Source: Octopus sinensis
Taxonomy: Eukaryota
Direction of reading: 5' to 3'
DNA: 64,000 nt
Assembly (NCBI RefSeq): GCF_006345805.1
Contig: NC_043000.1
Location: forward strand, 161,448,001-161,512,000
The translations under genes and the position numbers were made by a program. The first letter of the stretch is position 1. Every line of letters starts with the position of its first letter. Shown in pieces: positions 52,041 to 64,000 of the stretch. The notes under the pieces were generated by a model that had not been told where the DNA came from, did not search any database, and worked only from the letters and a program-made list of their open reading frames with translations.

Positions 52041-52325
52041 CATTATTATTATTATTATTATTATTATATTATTATTATTATCATCATCATCATCATTATT
52101 ATTATTACTAAGGTGGAGACATAGCAGAATTGATAAGACGTCGAGCAAAATGCTCAACATTTCGACCGTATTTACATCCTGAGTTTAAATGCTGCCGAAA
52201 TCGATTTTGCCTTTCATCATTTCGAGGTCGATAAAAACAAGTACCAGTTGAGAACTGGGGTCGATGTAATCAACTTAGCCCGGTTCCCGAAATTGATGGC
52301 ATTTTGCCAAACTTTGACGCCAATA
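51830..52325 (+). mobile_element. Two SINE family B copies (51830-51975, 52108-52325) separated by (ATT)n
   Basis: B-box GAGTTCAAAT and AAGTACCAG..GTCGATGTAATC in both. Confidence 0.8.
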
Positions 52326-52366
52326 TTTTTCTTATTTTCAACATCACCATCAGTAGTAGCAGCAGC

Positions 52367-52409
<43 letters not shown>

Positions 52410-52899
52410 TAGTAGTAGTAGTAGCGTCTCTATTTCAACTGCCACTGTCTTAATGATTCTTTTATATTGTGGGTTTTGTTATGGTGATAGCAACTACTGC
52501 AAATAGAAGAATGCTGTCGGAGCTAGTTGTATTGATTGTCATTGTGAAAGAAACCTTATTGTTGTCGTTGTTGATTAGGTCCAGATCAGTTATACATCCA
52601 GTATATCTAGGAACTTTCCAAGTATGGCCATTCCATCTTATTTTTAATTATGTGCCTAAAACTACGCAGTATAATGCGTTACTACTGGTTGTAGGGTTAT
52701 GATTTGTGTTCGATTTAGCGGAAAGTTCTGAAAGTAAGAACGATGCCGCACAGTTGGCCCCTGTAACATATCGATATTCTTCTTATTATGTCATTTTTGT
52801 TCGATCAAAAGCATGATCTAAATCATCAGTAACAATCCTACAGTTTATTTTTCAGACTCCTATGGAAATAACAAAATGATTATCAAGTATTTCCTATCT

Positions 52900-53530
52900 T
52901 TTTAAGGCAACAGAGTCTGATATGAAAGTACAAGTTACCGCTTAATGGCTCCCCGGTAATCTAGGCAAATTCTCATGGCTATTAGTTGTGTTGTTTCATT
53001 AATATTATCGGTATTATTAGTGCTTATTAAGGTATTAACATTGCATGCACAGAAAAGATTTAAACCAGAACAGCTTAGGCGGGTTTTTTTTCCCTCCGGT
53101 GTCTTCTGTGTGTCAGTGATACATAATAATCTTAACAGATACTTCTGTGCCACCGTTGAATCAATATTAATGCACGGCTCTGCTGCTTGGATATTCATCA
53201 AATCCCTGGAAACAAAACGCTTACATCCACATGTTATGATGTTAAGCAACGTTCTCAATATTTCATACAAACAGAAATTGTGTGGTATTTTTCTTACTAT
53301 GGTAGTCTACTTACTACTGATATCACTACATGTATTTTAGGGATATAGACGAAGAGATAAGCAAGAGTTCATTAGTTATACACTCCCATGGATATCTTTA
53401 TATGCTGACCCTTTAGCAAAACATTTCATCGGGCCTCCCTTTGTGAACACAAAATGTTGCCCTGCTGACCTCTCGTATGTTATATGGGATCCTGATGGGT
53501 GGCAAGACCGAGTCAAGCAAACTGGAGTAA
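52900..53530 (+). pseudogene. RTE-clade LINE 3' relic
   Basis: YFCATVESILMHGSAAWIFIKSLETKRL..MLSNVLNISYKQ and terminal DPDGWQDRVK resemble the RTE C-terminus (ATVESILLYGSETW..DRDGWRERV). Confidence 0.7.
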
Positions 53531-53610
53531 GCTCAAACCGAGTTGTGTTGGCGAACGACTAGGCGCAACCCCTAAACCTGGTTTCCCATATATATCATAC
53601 AAAATCGAAG

Positions 53611-53694
53611 AGAATGGGGTACAGTATCAAAGAATGGAGTACAGTATCAAAGAATGGGATACAGTATCAAAGAATGGAGTACAGTATCAAAGAA
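53611..53694 (+). repeat. 20-bp minisatellite x4 (AGAATGGRRTACAGTATCAA)
   Basis: Units start at 53611, 53631, 53651 and 53671. Confidence 0.92.
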
Positions 53695-53964
53695 AAGAGA
53701 CTGGGCTGTGAAAGGCCCAGTCTCTTTTCATACTCATGTTATAGCAGTTGCTCTTGTATGTTCTGAGACAACTTTGAGCAAGCCTATGATCAAAAGCGTT
53801 CAAACTGTGACGGCGTTGGTGAGGAAGATTATAACAATGATGATAGTTTATGATGATGATGAAGGGGATGAGGAGGACGACGTCGACGACGACGACGATG
53901 ACGACGACGACGACAACGACGACGACGACGACGATGACGACGTTTTATTATATCGGCAGAAATA

Positions 53965-54125
53965 CCGCAGAATATTTTTAATAACTTTTTCGATCAAATT
54001 CTGCCATGGCCGACTTTGCCTTTCATCCTTTCGGGGTTGATGAAATAAGAACAAGCTGAGCACTAAGTTCGATGCAATCAACTATCCTCCCACCCACGAA
54101 ATTTCAGGCTTTGTGCCAATACTAG
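53965..54125 (+). mobile_element. SINE family B, 5'-degraded
   Basis: CGACTTTGCCTTTCATCCTTTCGGGGTTGAT..GAAATTTCAGGCTTTGTGCC. Confidence 0.8.
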
Positions 54126-54274
54126 AAATTATAATTACTTTATCGACATTCGCAAAATAAAATTCAAATCAATCTAGGTGCTGTTCGAAACTAGAACGCG
54201 CAATTATGAAACTATATTCATTTAGTGAATCACTGGAAGAGTCCGTTTGTTACACGAGTTAACTAAAAAACAAT

Positions 54275-54885
54275 ACTATCATTTCGTTCTGAGTTCAAAT
54301 TCAGCCGAGGTCGACTTTGCCTTTCATTCTTTCGGGGTCGATTAAATAAGTACCAGTTATGCACTGGATCCGATGTAATCGACTTAATCTGTCCTTGTTT
54401 GCTCTCTCTATGTTTAGCCCCCTGTGGGCAATAAAGAAAGAAATATATAACACACCGGCAAGACGGCGAGCTAGCAGAATCGTTAGCACGTCGGGCGAAA
54501 TGCTTATCGGCATTTCGTCTGCCGTTACGTTCTGAGTTCAAATTCCGCCGAGGTCGACTTTGCCTTTCATCCATTCGGAGTCGATAAATTAAGTACCAGT
54601 TACGCACTGGTAATCGACTTAATACCTTTGTCTGTCCTTGTTTGTCCCCTCTACGTTTAGCCCCTTGTGGGCAATAAAGAAATAAGAATCGTTAGCACGC
54701 CGAGTGAAATGCCTAGCGGTAGTTCGTCCGTTTTTAAATTCTGAGTTCAAATTTCGCCGAGGTCGACTTTGCCTTTCGTCCTTACGGAATGAGTAAAATA
54801 AGTACCAGTTGAACTCTGGGGTTGATTTAATCGACTTAGCTCCTTCCCTGAAATTACTAGCCTTGTGCCAAATTTTGAAAACAAA
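54275..54885 (+). mobile_element. SINE family B tandem trimer
   Basis: GTTCTGAGTTCAAATT..GCCGAGGTCGACTTTGCC occurs three times (~54285, ~54530, ~54740), joined through GTGGGCAATAAAGAAA tails. Confidence 0.88.
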
Positions 54886-56559
54886 AAATAACATAGATAG
54901 GCCGGTGATTCGAATTGCATCGCTAGTACTGTTTTTAGGGCCGGAAAAAATTAAACTTTGAATGTACGACTCTTCTTAGCTCCATGCAAGCACTACAGCG
55001 TGCAGCAGTTGAGTACTGAAGAGTACCAAACGTGAAGCAGCCTATTTCACTTAGCATTAAGGAATTGCTACAGTCGAATATTGGAGACGGTGAAACTATG
55101 TTTAGAATTGTAATTGCTAAGCTAACCAAACTGAATTACATTTTGAAAGGGCTATAGATGAAAGCTTTTGGTGATTGTTGAATAACAAGCTAATCCAGTA
55201 GGTATTATGAATCGCTCTACCGTAAATAGTGGTATCACTGTCAAAATGAGAATGGCTACCGTCAGCTACATCATAATTGAATACTAGGCAGTGACAACAC
55301 AATATTTAAGACTGAATATTTTGCATGGTTTGTGTTATTAGTTGAACTTTTCATTCAAGTTGGCCTGGAGGAAGCAATTGAAATCTCCCCACTGTCCTTT
55401 CTTTCAATCATATCTTGAATACAAGATCTTTAAAAGCCTTCTCAGCATGCCAAAGCCAGGCACTGGACTAATCTTACCTGTAATGTAGAGTTGGAAGCTA
55501 GTAGTTTAGAATTTCAGCTTGCTTGTTGAAATCTCGAGGTGTTCAGGTTTCAAGTGAATGTTAATTTTATAAAATACGTAGTGACCTCACGCATGACTAT
55601 CTCTTCACAGGGCGTTAGAATTATTTGATTGGGCGTTGTCAATCAAAACATTCGTAAGAGGCCGTTGATTTTATTGCCTTTCCATTGACTAGTTTCTGTA
55701 AAATAGTCTGTAGTCTCTACTTTCTCACACCTACTGTAAAGAAAGGCAATGAACCGTGGCAAACACTGAACAATTGGATATTATCTCAACCGAGTGATTT
55801 TTTATGATCCACTTCGTTCATATTCAGAACAAGTTAAGTAGGTGGGATTTTAAAGAAAATTGTTATAGTTCTTCTGTGAGCTTGGTGGAGGCACTGAAAA
55901 TCAATTCTAATATATTCCTTTTTAAATCATTGTATGTCTAAACGTTTACTGTTCATCATTTTTATCACCACCACCTGGACCTTGAGTGTCTTTAGTGGAA
56001 TTCAATCTGCCGTAAGCATTCAGGCAAGGAGAATGGGTCCCTTTGTGTTGTGCCTAACGCCCGTCTGTCTCGGATGCCTTGAAAATAAACAAAGTCATGA
56101 AAACTACCTTTCTCTTCTTTATAAAATAGTAGAAAACTTAATCGTAATAGAGTCGTAGTAATGTTGGTTGGTCATGTTTGTCGACGAGTGTTTAGTGAGG
56201 ACTTTGGTGAGAGTAATTGCAGGAATAAGTATGGCACGTAAAGTAAGAATGATAAGGAGGGAGAAAGAAGAGGAGGAGGAGGAGGAGGAGGAAGGGGAGG
56301 ACGTGAAGGATGATGACAGCAACGACGAAGATAATAATAAATTCATTAGACACAACACAAATATTTTCTTTCTTTTTTTTCTTCTTGTTACGCAGAAGTA
56401 ATGCGGTCGATAGAAATATATATAGTGGTGTGTTACACCGTTAAGAGTGGTTATGGCGAACAGTAGTCAATAAACAGGGATACAAATGACAGACGGATAT
56501 CATTTCATCTTTCGTAGGTTTTTTTGTTTTTTTCATTTCTACTTCAAGCTAAAATATCA

Positions 56560-56714
56560 CTGATGCTGTCGTTATTATCAGCAGCAATTTCCTCATCATT
56601 ATCATTATCATCATCCCCATCATTGTTATCATCATCATCATCGTCATAGTAGCAAGAAATATACCTCATGGTTCTTTCCACTAGTAGTTTGAGTGAACAT
56701 CATCATCATCAGTG

Positions 56715-56755
<41 letters not shown>

Positions 56756-57097
56756 GGCAGCAGCAGTAGCAGCAACAATTCGTCGTAATCATCATCGTCT
56801 TCAGCTTCTAATTACTTACATCGTTATGATTATAGGCACAGCGATCTTCATCAAAACAATCAACATCAGCCTTATCACTCTCATCGTCATCGTAATTATC
56901 ATAGTCGTCGTCGTCGTCGTCGTCGGTGACGTCGGCGTCATCATCATCATAATCATCATCGTCCTCATCATCATCTTCATCATCAGCCTCCTCAACATCA
57001 CCATCAACATCAGCAACAGCAGCATCAGCAGCAGCATTGTCCTCCTCCTCATCATCATCTTCATCATCATCGTCATCATCATCATCATCGTCATTAT

Positions 57098-57140
<43 letters not shown>

Positions 57141-57157
57141 GTCATCATAATCATCAT

Positions 57158-57198
<41 letters not shown>

Positions 57199-57365
57199 GT
57201 AGCAGCAGCAGTAGCAGCAGGAGTTGTAGCAGTCACAGCAGCATCTTCATTTTAATCATCATCGTACTCAAAAATCCAATTTACTTTCATCGTTATGATT
57301 ACATGTACAACGACCATCATCAAAACGATCAACATCACCATCATCATCGTCGTCGTCGCCATCAT
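56560..57365 (+). repeat. Compound (CAT)n/(CAG)n/(CGT)n microsatellite
   Basis: Seen directly. Confidence 0.9.
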
Positions 57366-57594
57366 CCTCGAACATTTCAAACCAAGGATCGTGTAGCTTC
57401 GAGTATATACTGATATAGCTGATCTTGTCTTCGATCTGGATATTTAAGATTCAGTTCACCTATAATATAATTCAATTGAATTTATATCAACTCATAATGC
57501 AGATTTTTCCTTCCATGCAGTTCGTGTATGTAATACCTCCATACCAATACGAATACTATTTGCATCAGTCGAACACTCGAATTGTGTGTACCTT

Positions 57595-57978
57595 TGGAAG
57601 CACTCCGTCGGTTACGACGACGAGGGTTCCGGTTGATCCGATAAACGGAACAGCCTGCTCGTGAAATTAACGTGCAAGTGGCTGAGCACTCCACAGACAC
57701 GTGTACCCTTAACGTAGTTCTCGAGGATATTCAGCGTGACACAGAGAGTGACAAGGCCGGTCCCTTGAAACACAGGTACAACAGAAACAGGAAGTAAGAG
57801 TGAGAGAAAGTTGTGGCGAAAGAGTACAGCAGGGATCACCACCATCCCCTGCCGGAGCCTCGTGGAGCTTTAGGTGTTTTCGCTCAATAAACACTCACAA
57901 CGCCCGGTCTGGGAATCGAAACCGCGATCCTATGACCGCGAGTCCGCTGCCCTAACCACTGGGCCATTAGGCCTCCAC
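57595..57978 (-). mobile_element. tRNA-derived SINE family C2, full length
   Basis: Minus-strand head GTGGAGGCCTAATGGCCCAGTGGTTAGGGCAGCGGACTCG..GGTTTCGATTCC; TGTGTACC on both flanks. Confidence 0.92.
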
Positions 57979-58208
57979 TATTTTGTGTACCATACGTACA
58001 GCAAATGTGTGAGTATTCAGGGAATGCTTGTGTTGAAAATGTGAAGAGTTAGTGTAGGATACAGAATGTTTTAGTCTGTAAATGGGCTTCACCTCACATG
58101 AAAAAGCAAGTATTCCTTTGAGAGAAATTCAGAGAAAGACGGTCCCCAGTCATGTAGCCCTTGATTACCTGACCGATGTAGTTAAGAGATAGCTCATTTT
58201 TCTCTTTC

Positions 58209-58247
<39 letters not shown>

Positions 58248-58494
58248 GCACACACACACACACACTCCATCCCTCTCTCTCACTCACACACACAGACACA
58301 CATACTCACACGCTCTCTCTCTCCCCTTTTGTCTCTCTCATACACTCACACTCTTTCTCTCCCACACTCTCTCACTCAATCTCTTCACCTCTCTCCCTCT
58401 TTCCCTCTCTCTCCTTCTCTCACTCTATGAAGCTATCTTTCTAGATATGTCATAAAACCTTTTGCTATCCTTTATCATTATTATTATTATTATA

Positions 58495-58690
58495 GTCCTC
58501 AGGGCGGCTGCTTTTGGTCTCGTTTTCAGAGGCTGGATCGCTGCAATGCACAGCGGTACCTGTTCAGTAGTCAAAGTAAACGGTCACCTATCGAAACCGG
58601 GTGGCATCGTACGCTTGGTCCGTCAGGGCTTACCGCTGTCGACTCTTGTATACGTATTGGTACTCGAGCCAATGCTTGCGAAAACAGCAA
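58495..58690 (+). pseudogene. L1/Tx1-clade LINE RT fragment
   Basis: FGLVFRGWI..SVVKVNGHLS..VRQGLPLSTLVYVLVLEP matches the L1/Tx1 pattern VNG.LS..VRQGCPLSP..LEP. Confidence 0.8.
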
Positions 58691-58729
58691 GAGTTTTTCA
58701 AATTATCACCACATTTATTCCATTTAAGA

Positions 58730-59261
58730 TGGAGAGTGCTTTCCATAATATATAAGCTGTACCGATCAAGGTTATTTTTTGTAGTTTACGGAAATTGGAG
58801 TTATCAGGAAGATGCTTAATATACTTCTCAGCTCCCTTCTTTATCATTCCCAACGCACCAATTACTACAGGTATAATCGTAGTACTAAGCTTCCACATTT
58901 TTGTGATTTCGATTTGCCGATCTTTGTAGTGAGAAAGATTTTCGTATTCCTTTCTTGAGACATTTTGATCTTGTGTGACAGATATATATATATATATTAA
59001 CAGAAAGTTCCTATGTTGATCACAATGTCTGGTCGATGAGAGTCAATTTTTCTGTCTATTTGTATTGAAAAGTTTCAAAGGATAATGACGACCTTGCCAT
59101 TTACTACATCCTTTGGATGGTGCCTGTACCACTTAACATGGGGTTTAATTTTGTAGTATTTACAAGCATTCCAGTGGATGTCAAAGTATTGTTCATTCGA
59201 TAACAGTCGCACCTTTTATTAATGTTTCTTTACTTTCTGGAGGAGTAACATCAATCCTTCA

Positions 59262-59321
<60 letters not shown>

Positions 59322-60500
59322 GTTGTTGTTGTTGATGTGGTTGTTGTTGTTGTTGTTGTTGTTGTTTTTGTGGTGGTGGTGGTGGAATAAGTTCTGTTCC
59401 TCTATGTTTGTAACTGTCTTATCTGCAAACGTACTTGTTAACATTTTCCCTAATAGCGGAATACAAGTTATCTGTATGTAGCTTGAGTCCACACCACCTT
59501 TCTACTTGCCTTTTCATAAAAAGTTTTGTTTTACCATTAATCGTTTAATTTAGGATACTTCCACTCCGGAGATATGTATTTAATATCTCAGGAGATATTT
59601 TACTGTTCTTTAGCACGCATCCTTATAGTCTATATTGGGTATCTCCCAATTAGGTAATTTGAAAGCATATTTTAATGAACTCCAGAGAAATTACTACGTC
59701 AATTTCTGGCTTTTAGTTTCCCGAATTTGCTATCTAATTTTATCCACCTTTTCTCTCAGTTGTGGATGCCTCTCTTGCTCCATATATTATTACTGCTTCT
59801 CTCTGCATCTGGTAATACATCATTTTGTATCTCTACCCACTCTACGTTCTTAAACAATCTCCTCTGATTATTTTGGAACAATTTGTCTCTGCTAAAACTG
59901 ATCTATCATATTCCTATATTATTTTATCTTAGCTTAAGGTGGCGAGCGAGCAGAATGTTTAGCACGCCGGACGAAATGCTTGGCTTCATTTCGTCTGTTT
60001 TAATTTCTAAATTCAAATACCCCCGAGGTCGACTTAGCCTTTCATCCTTTTGAGGTCAATGAAATAACTACCAGTTGGGCACTGGATTCAATGTAATTGA
60101 CTAGCCCCACCCACGATAGAAAGGATTATTTTACTTTAGCTGATTTGCTGGCACTCTTCACCTCAGTTTTTCAGTATCCTTTTAAACATTTTTAGTATTT
60201 TAAGGAATCTCAGTGCATCTTATTTAAGAAATTATAGTTGACTCATTTCCCGTCTCAAGCTATAGATGCTATTTTTTATCTATCGTTTCCACTAATGTAT
60301 TACTCTATCCGTTTCCGGTTCACATGTGTGTAACCAACCTCTTCTGCTACTAATCCAGCAGCAGCCTTGCATAGATTACGAACCGGCAGAAGACAAGAGA
60401 CTCATTTCATATAACATTGTCAAATTCTTTTGTTATGCAGTCTTTCGTAACCTCTAAATTTGGCAAGTTTTCTCTTCGCCATTTTGTTCAATCTCGACTC
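58730..60500 (-). mobile_element. R4/Dong-clade LINE relic, internally deleted and interrupted by a microsatellite and SINE B
   Basis: KLFQNNQRRLF..LPDAE..IW, QITCIPLLGKMLT, HWNACKYYKIK..KWY.HHP, RPDIV, MWKLSTTIIPVVIGALGMIKKG..LQKITLIGTAYIL. Confidence 0.82.
59935..60110 (+). mobile_element. SINE family B
   Basis: AAGGTGGCGAGCGAGCAGAATGTTTAGCACGCCGG. Confidence 0.85.
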
Positions 60501-61249
60501 ATATATTGCCAAGTAATTTGACCGCAACGTCATTCCACCCATCCTTCCATATTCTTCTTAATTTCATTACACTGATTTATCTCCAAAAGTGTACCAACGA
60601 CGGCCAGAGCACCCCTGCTTTCCATCTGACCCCCGAATCGATGTCTTTGCGTCGGAAGTCAACTCGGTGTATGTATTGAGGTGGTAGCACTACCGGTGTT
60701 TTATATAACATCATCACTAGGAGAATCATCTGCCGCCGCAAAAGTAATCTTACAACCCATGTGGCAGACCTAACCTCGATAGAGGCCTTGTAATATGTGA
60801 TTACGAGGTAATTATGGCTACTGTTAGCATCCGAGAGATTATAATGCAAGATCAAGGTAAGTTGTAATAATAGCAATAGCAACAACAATTAATTTGGATA
60901 TGTTTTGGGTGGCCATTGACGTTCCTGAGTTTATCCACACTTTGAGAGGTTTTCTCCGTCCAGCGGAATGTTCATATAATGGAAAATCCCACTTCTCACA
61001 AGCGTGATAGGTGTGTTTGTCTGTTTAGTCGCCGGCGGCCCGACTGTATTCAATTTGTATTGCGTGGCTTACAGTAGCAAGTGTTCATCCTGGCATTTCC
61101 TTTTGTTCTGATGTGTTTTCTTCTTTCTTTTCAAAGGATACAAGGGTACCGCTATCTCTTGTAAAGAAAAGAAAGGTAGATAAGATAATTTAGGAACAGT
61201 GAATAAATTGAAAAGAACAAATATATATACTTCTCTGCTCTAAGTACGA

Positions 61250-61430
61250 AGCTCAAAATTTTGGAGGAGAAGGCTAGTCGATTAGATCGATCCCAGTACA
61301 CAAATGGTACTTAATTTAGCGACCCCAAAAGGATGAAAGGCAAAGACGGCCTCAAGAGAATTTGAACGCAGACAGACGAAATACCTAGCGGTATTTCGCC
61401 TGGAGTGCTAACGTTTCTGCCAGCTAGCCC
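61250..61430 (-). mobile_element. SINE family B
   Basis: Reverse complement of B consensus. Confidence 0.8.
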
Positions 61431-61447
61431 CTTTTATATTTATATTT

Positions 61448-61484
<37 letters not shown>

Positions 61485-61485
61485 T

Positions 61486-61523
<38 letters not shown>

Positions 61524-62189
61524 AAATCTTAACCGACAGTTTCCTGCATTCTATAGTACTAACTATATCATGTTGTTCACACTGAGTACTTTCCACCTTT
61601 CATTTCCTATCTCCGTTCGATATAATCTACGTTATAAACACAAGGTAGAAAAATCCATCGTTTAAAAGAAGTCACAATGATTTATTTTATTTTCCTTTTG
61701 TCTTTTAATATTTCTCACACTAAATAACGTGCATTGTCTTTCTCTTCTCTTTAATTTCTTTCTTTCTCTTTCATTTTCTTTTTCAGATCAGTCTACATCA
61801 ACTGTAAACACTAGGTAGAGAAAAATTCATAGCTTCAGATAAATCACTATGATTTGTGTATTTCGATTTCTTTTTCTCTTTCTCCAGTCCTCGCAGTAAA
61901 TTATCCTATCTGCCTTTCTCTTTTTTACTAAGATCTTCCCTCCTCTCGCATTTTCTACCTCTATTCCTCATAGACTACACTGATTGTAAAAACGCGGTAG
62001 AAAAGAATCACAATGAATTATTTATTTTGTCTTTTATCTTATTTTCCATCTCCGCACTAAAATAATCCCTTTTTATCAGTTCAAAGTTTTTCTTTTCCTC
62101 ATCTTTCAGTTTCTACCTCCGTTTTGTCTACATTAATTGTAAACAAGAGGTAGAATATTATAATTACTCTTTCTGATAGAATTGTTTGC

Positions 62190-62325
62190 ACTTCGGACAA
62201 AAATGCTTACTGGAAGTTTTACTGTGATTTATGTTCCCAGTTCAACTTTGCTTTTCACCCTTTCGTGGTCGATAAAATAAAGAACTAGCCAAGTAATGAG
62301 ATCGTGCTGGTCTTACGCAAAAATT
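62190..62325 (+). mobile_element. SINE family B, diverged fragment
   Basis: ACTTTGCTTTTCACCCTTTCGTGGTCGATAAAATAA. Confidence 0.6.
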
Positions 62326-62352
62326 TGGAACAATATTATTATTATTATTATT

Positions 62353-62470
62353 CTATGTTTGACGTTTGCTTTATGTCTGTACAAGTTGGATCCAAGTCTC
62401 ACCCAGAGACCTCAAGAGACAACAGGTTGGAAGTTCACGTTGTTGTTATGCCTAGTGTGCCATATATTTG
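62353..62470 (-). mobile_element. Short (AAT)n-flanked element, probably a Dong-like 3' UTR
   Basis: Minus strand GAGGTCTCTGGGTGAGACTTGG then an A-rich end running into (AAT)n. Confidence 0.45.
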
Positions 62471-62488
62471 GTTATTATTATTATTATT

Positions 62489-63312
<824 letters not shown>

Positions 63313-63337
63313 GATATCGTCAATGTCGTTTCGAGTA

Positions 63338-64000
63338 TTCGAGGTGCTGAAAAGTTCCTTACAGAGGAGGTAGGAGAACTATTTAGGAGAAGGAATGTAA
63401 AAAAATCATGATGGTATACTACATATCTTTCTCTTTTTTTGTAGACAACGCATGATAGCTCCTACAACGGATTGGGTAAATGTGAAGCGCCGGTGGTCAT
63501 GAATTTCCTCATTTTGCATAGCAAAGAAGCGGCGAAAATTCATGGCTAGATGCAGGAAGTCTTCAAGGATGGTTACTCATCTTACTCTACATTAAAAATG
63601 TGAGTGTCAAGGTTTCCGATTGGTTATTTCGATATCACAGATGAATCCTGATTAGAACAGCCAACTTCCGCGACCACAGAGAATAAAGCCGACGCTACGC
63701 ACGTCATGATTCTCAAGAACCGCCGTATTTGATCTGAGACTCTGGGGATTTTCCACGAAAGAGTTAGCCATATCGGAGGTGCACCAGGAGCGCATTAGTA
63801 GTGATTTTGAACCGGTTTGTAGCAGGCGAGGCTGATATTATGGCTCGTTTAGGCACCATGGATTAAACTTGGCTTCATCACTACCATCCCCAGACTAAGC
63901 AGCAATCAATGGAAAAACACAACAGCGGTTCACCGTATCCCAAGTAGTTTCGGACCCAGGAGTCAGCTGGAAATATTCTGCCTTCAGTGTTCTGGGACAA
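63338..64000 (+). mobile_element. Degraded mariner element (irritans-like), runs off the window end
   Basis: TA|TTCGAGGTGCTGAAAAGTTCC TIR-like start; TMD*TWLHHYHPQTKQQSM..SAGNILPSVFWD resembles TMDETW.HH..PETKQQS..SAGKVMASVFWD. Confidence 0.8.

Noticed and set aside
53692-53729. Rho-independent terminator
   Set aside because: The shape fits, but the context is eukaryotic repeat DNA with no bacterial gene; kept only as an unexplained hairpin.
55440-55560. Minus-strand exon ending at CAG|GTAAGA
   Set aside because: Stops in all three frames just upstream of the donor-like site.

Overview
AT-rich, microsatellite-dense eukaryotic non-coding DNA with no host exon I can support. The SINE repertoire matches what I recognise as octopus (Octopus sp.); this is recognition, not a search result. 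The window is mostly transposable elements and simple repeats. These comprise three tRNA-headed SINE families (about 25 copies), three non-autonomous Helitrons, a DD36E (Incomer-type) Tc1 element, two mariner relics, a MULE with an 8-bp TSD, and a Gypsy 5' LTR/PBS/gag remnant. There is also a frame-intact 5'-truncated CR1-like LINE RT, relics of CR1, RTE, Tx1/L1 and R4/Dong LINEs, two Penelope-like (RT/GIY-YIG) fragments and a perfect (ATACT)466 array. The most notable signal is not in the ORF track: 7 well-formed and 2 degenerate minimal type-I hammerhead ribozyme (HHR) motifs, each with different helix sequences. Most have a palindromic helix III, sit in or near (TA)n, and often carry an inverted partial copy of themselves. 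One lies in the 3' region of a Neptune-like Penelope element, and another is fused to a tRNA-like Pol III head with a TSD. Together they suggest a diverse Penelope-driven, retrozyme-like set of non-autonomous elements. All alignments and folds were done by eye.
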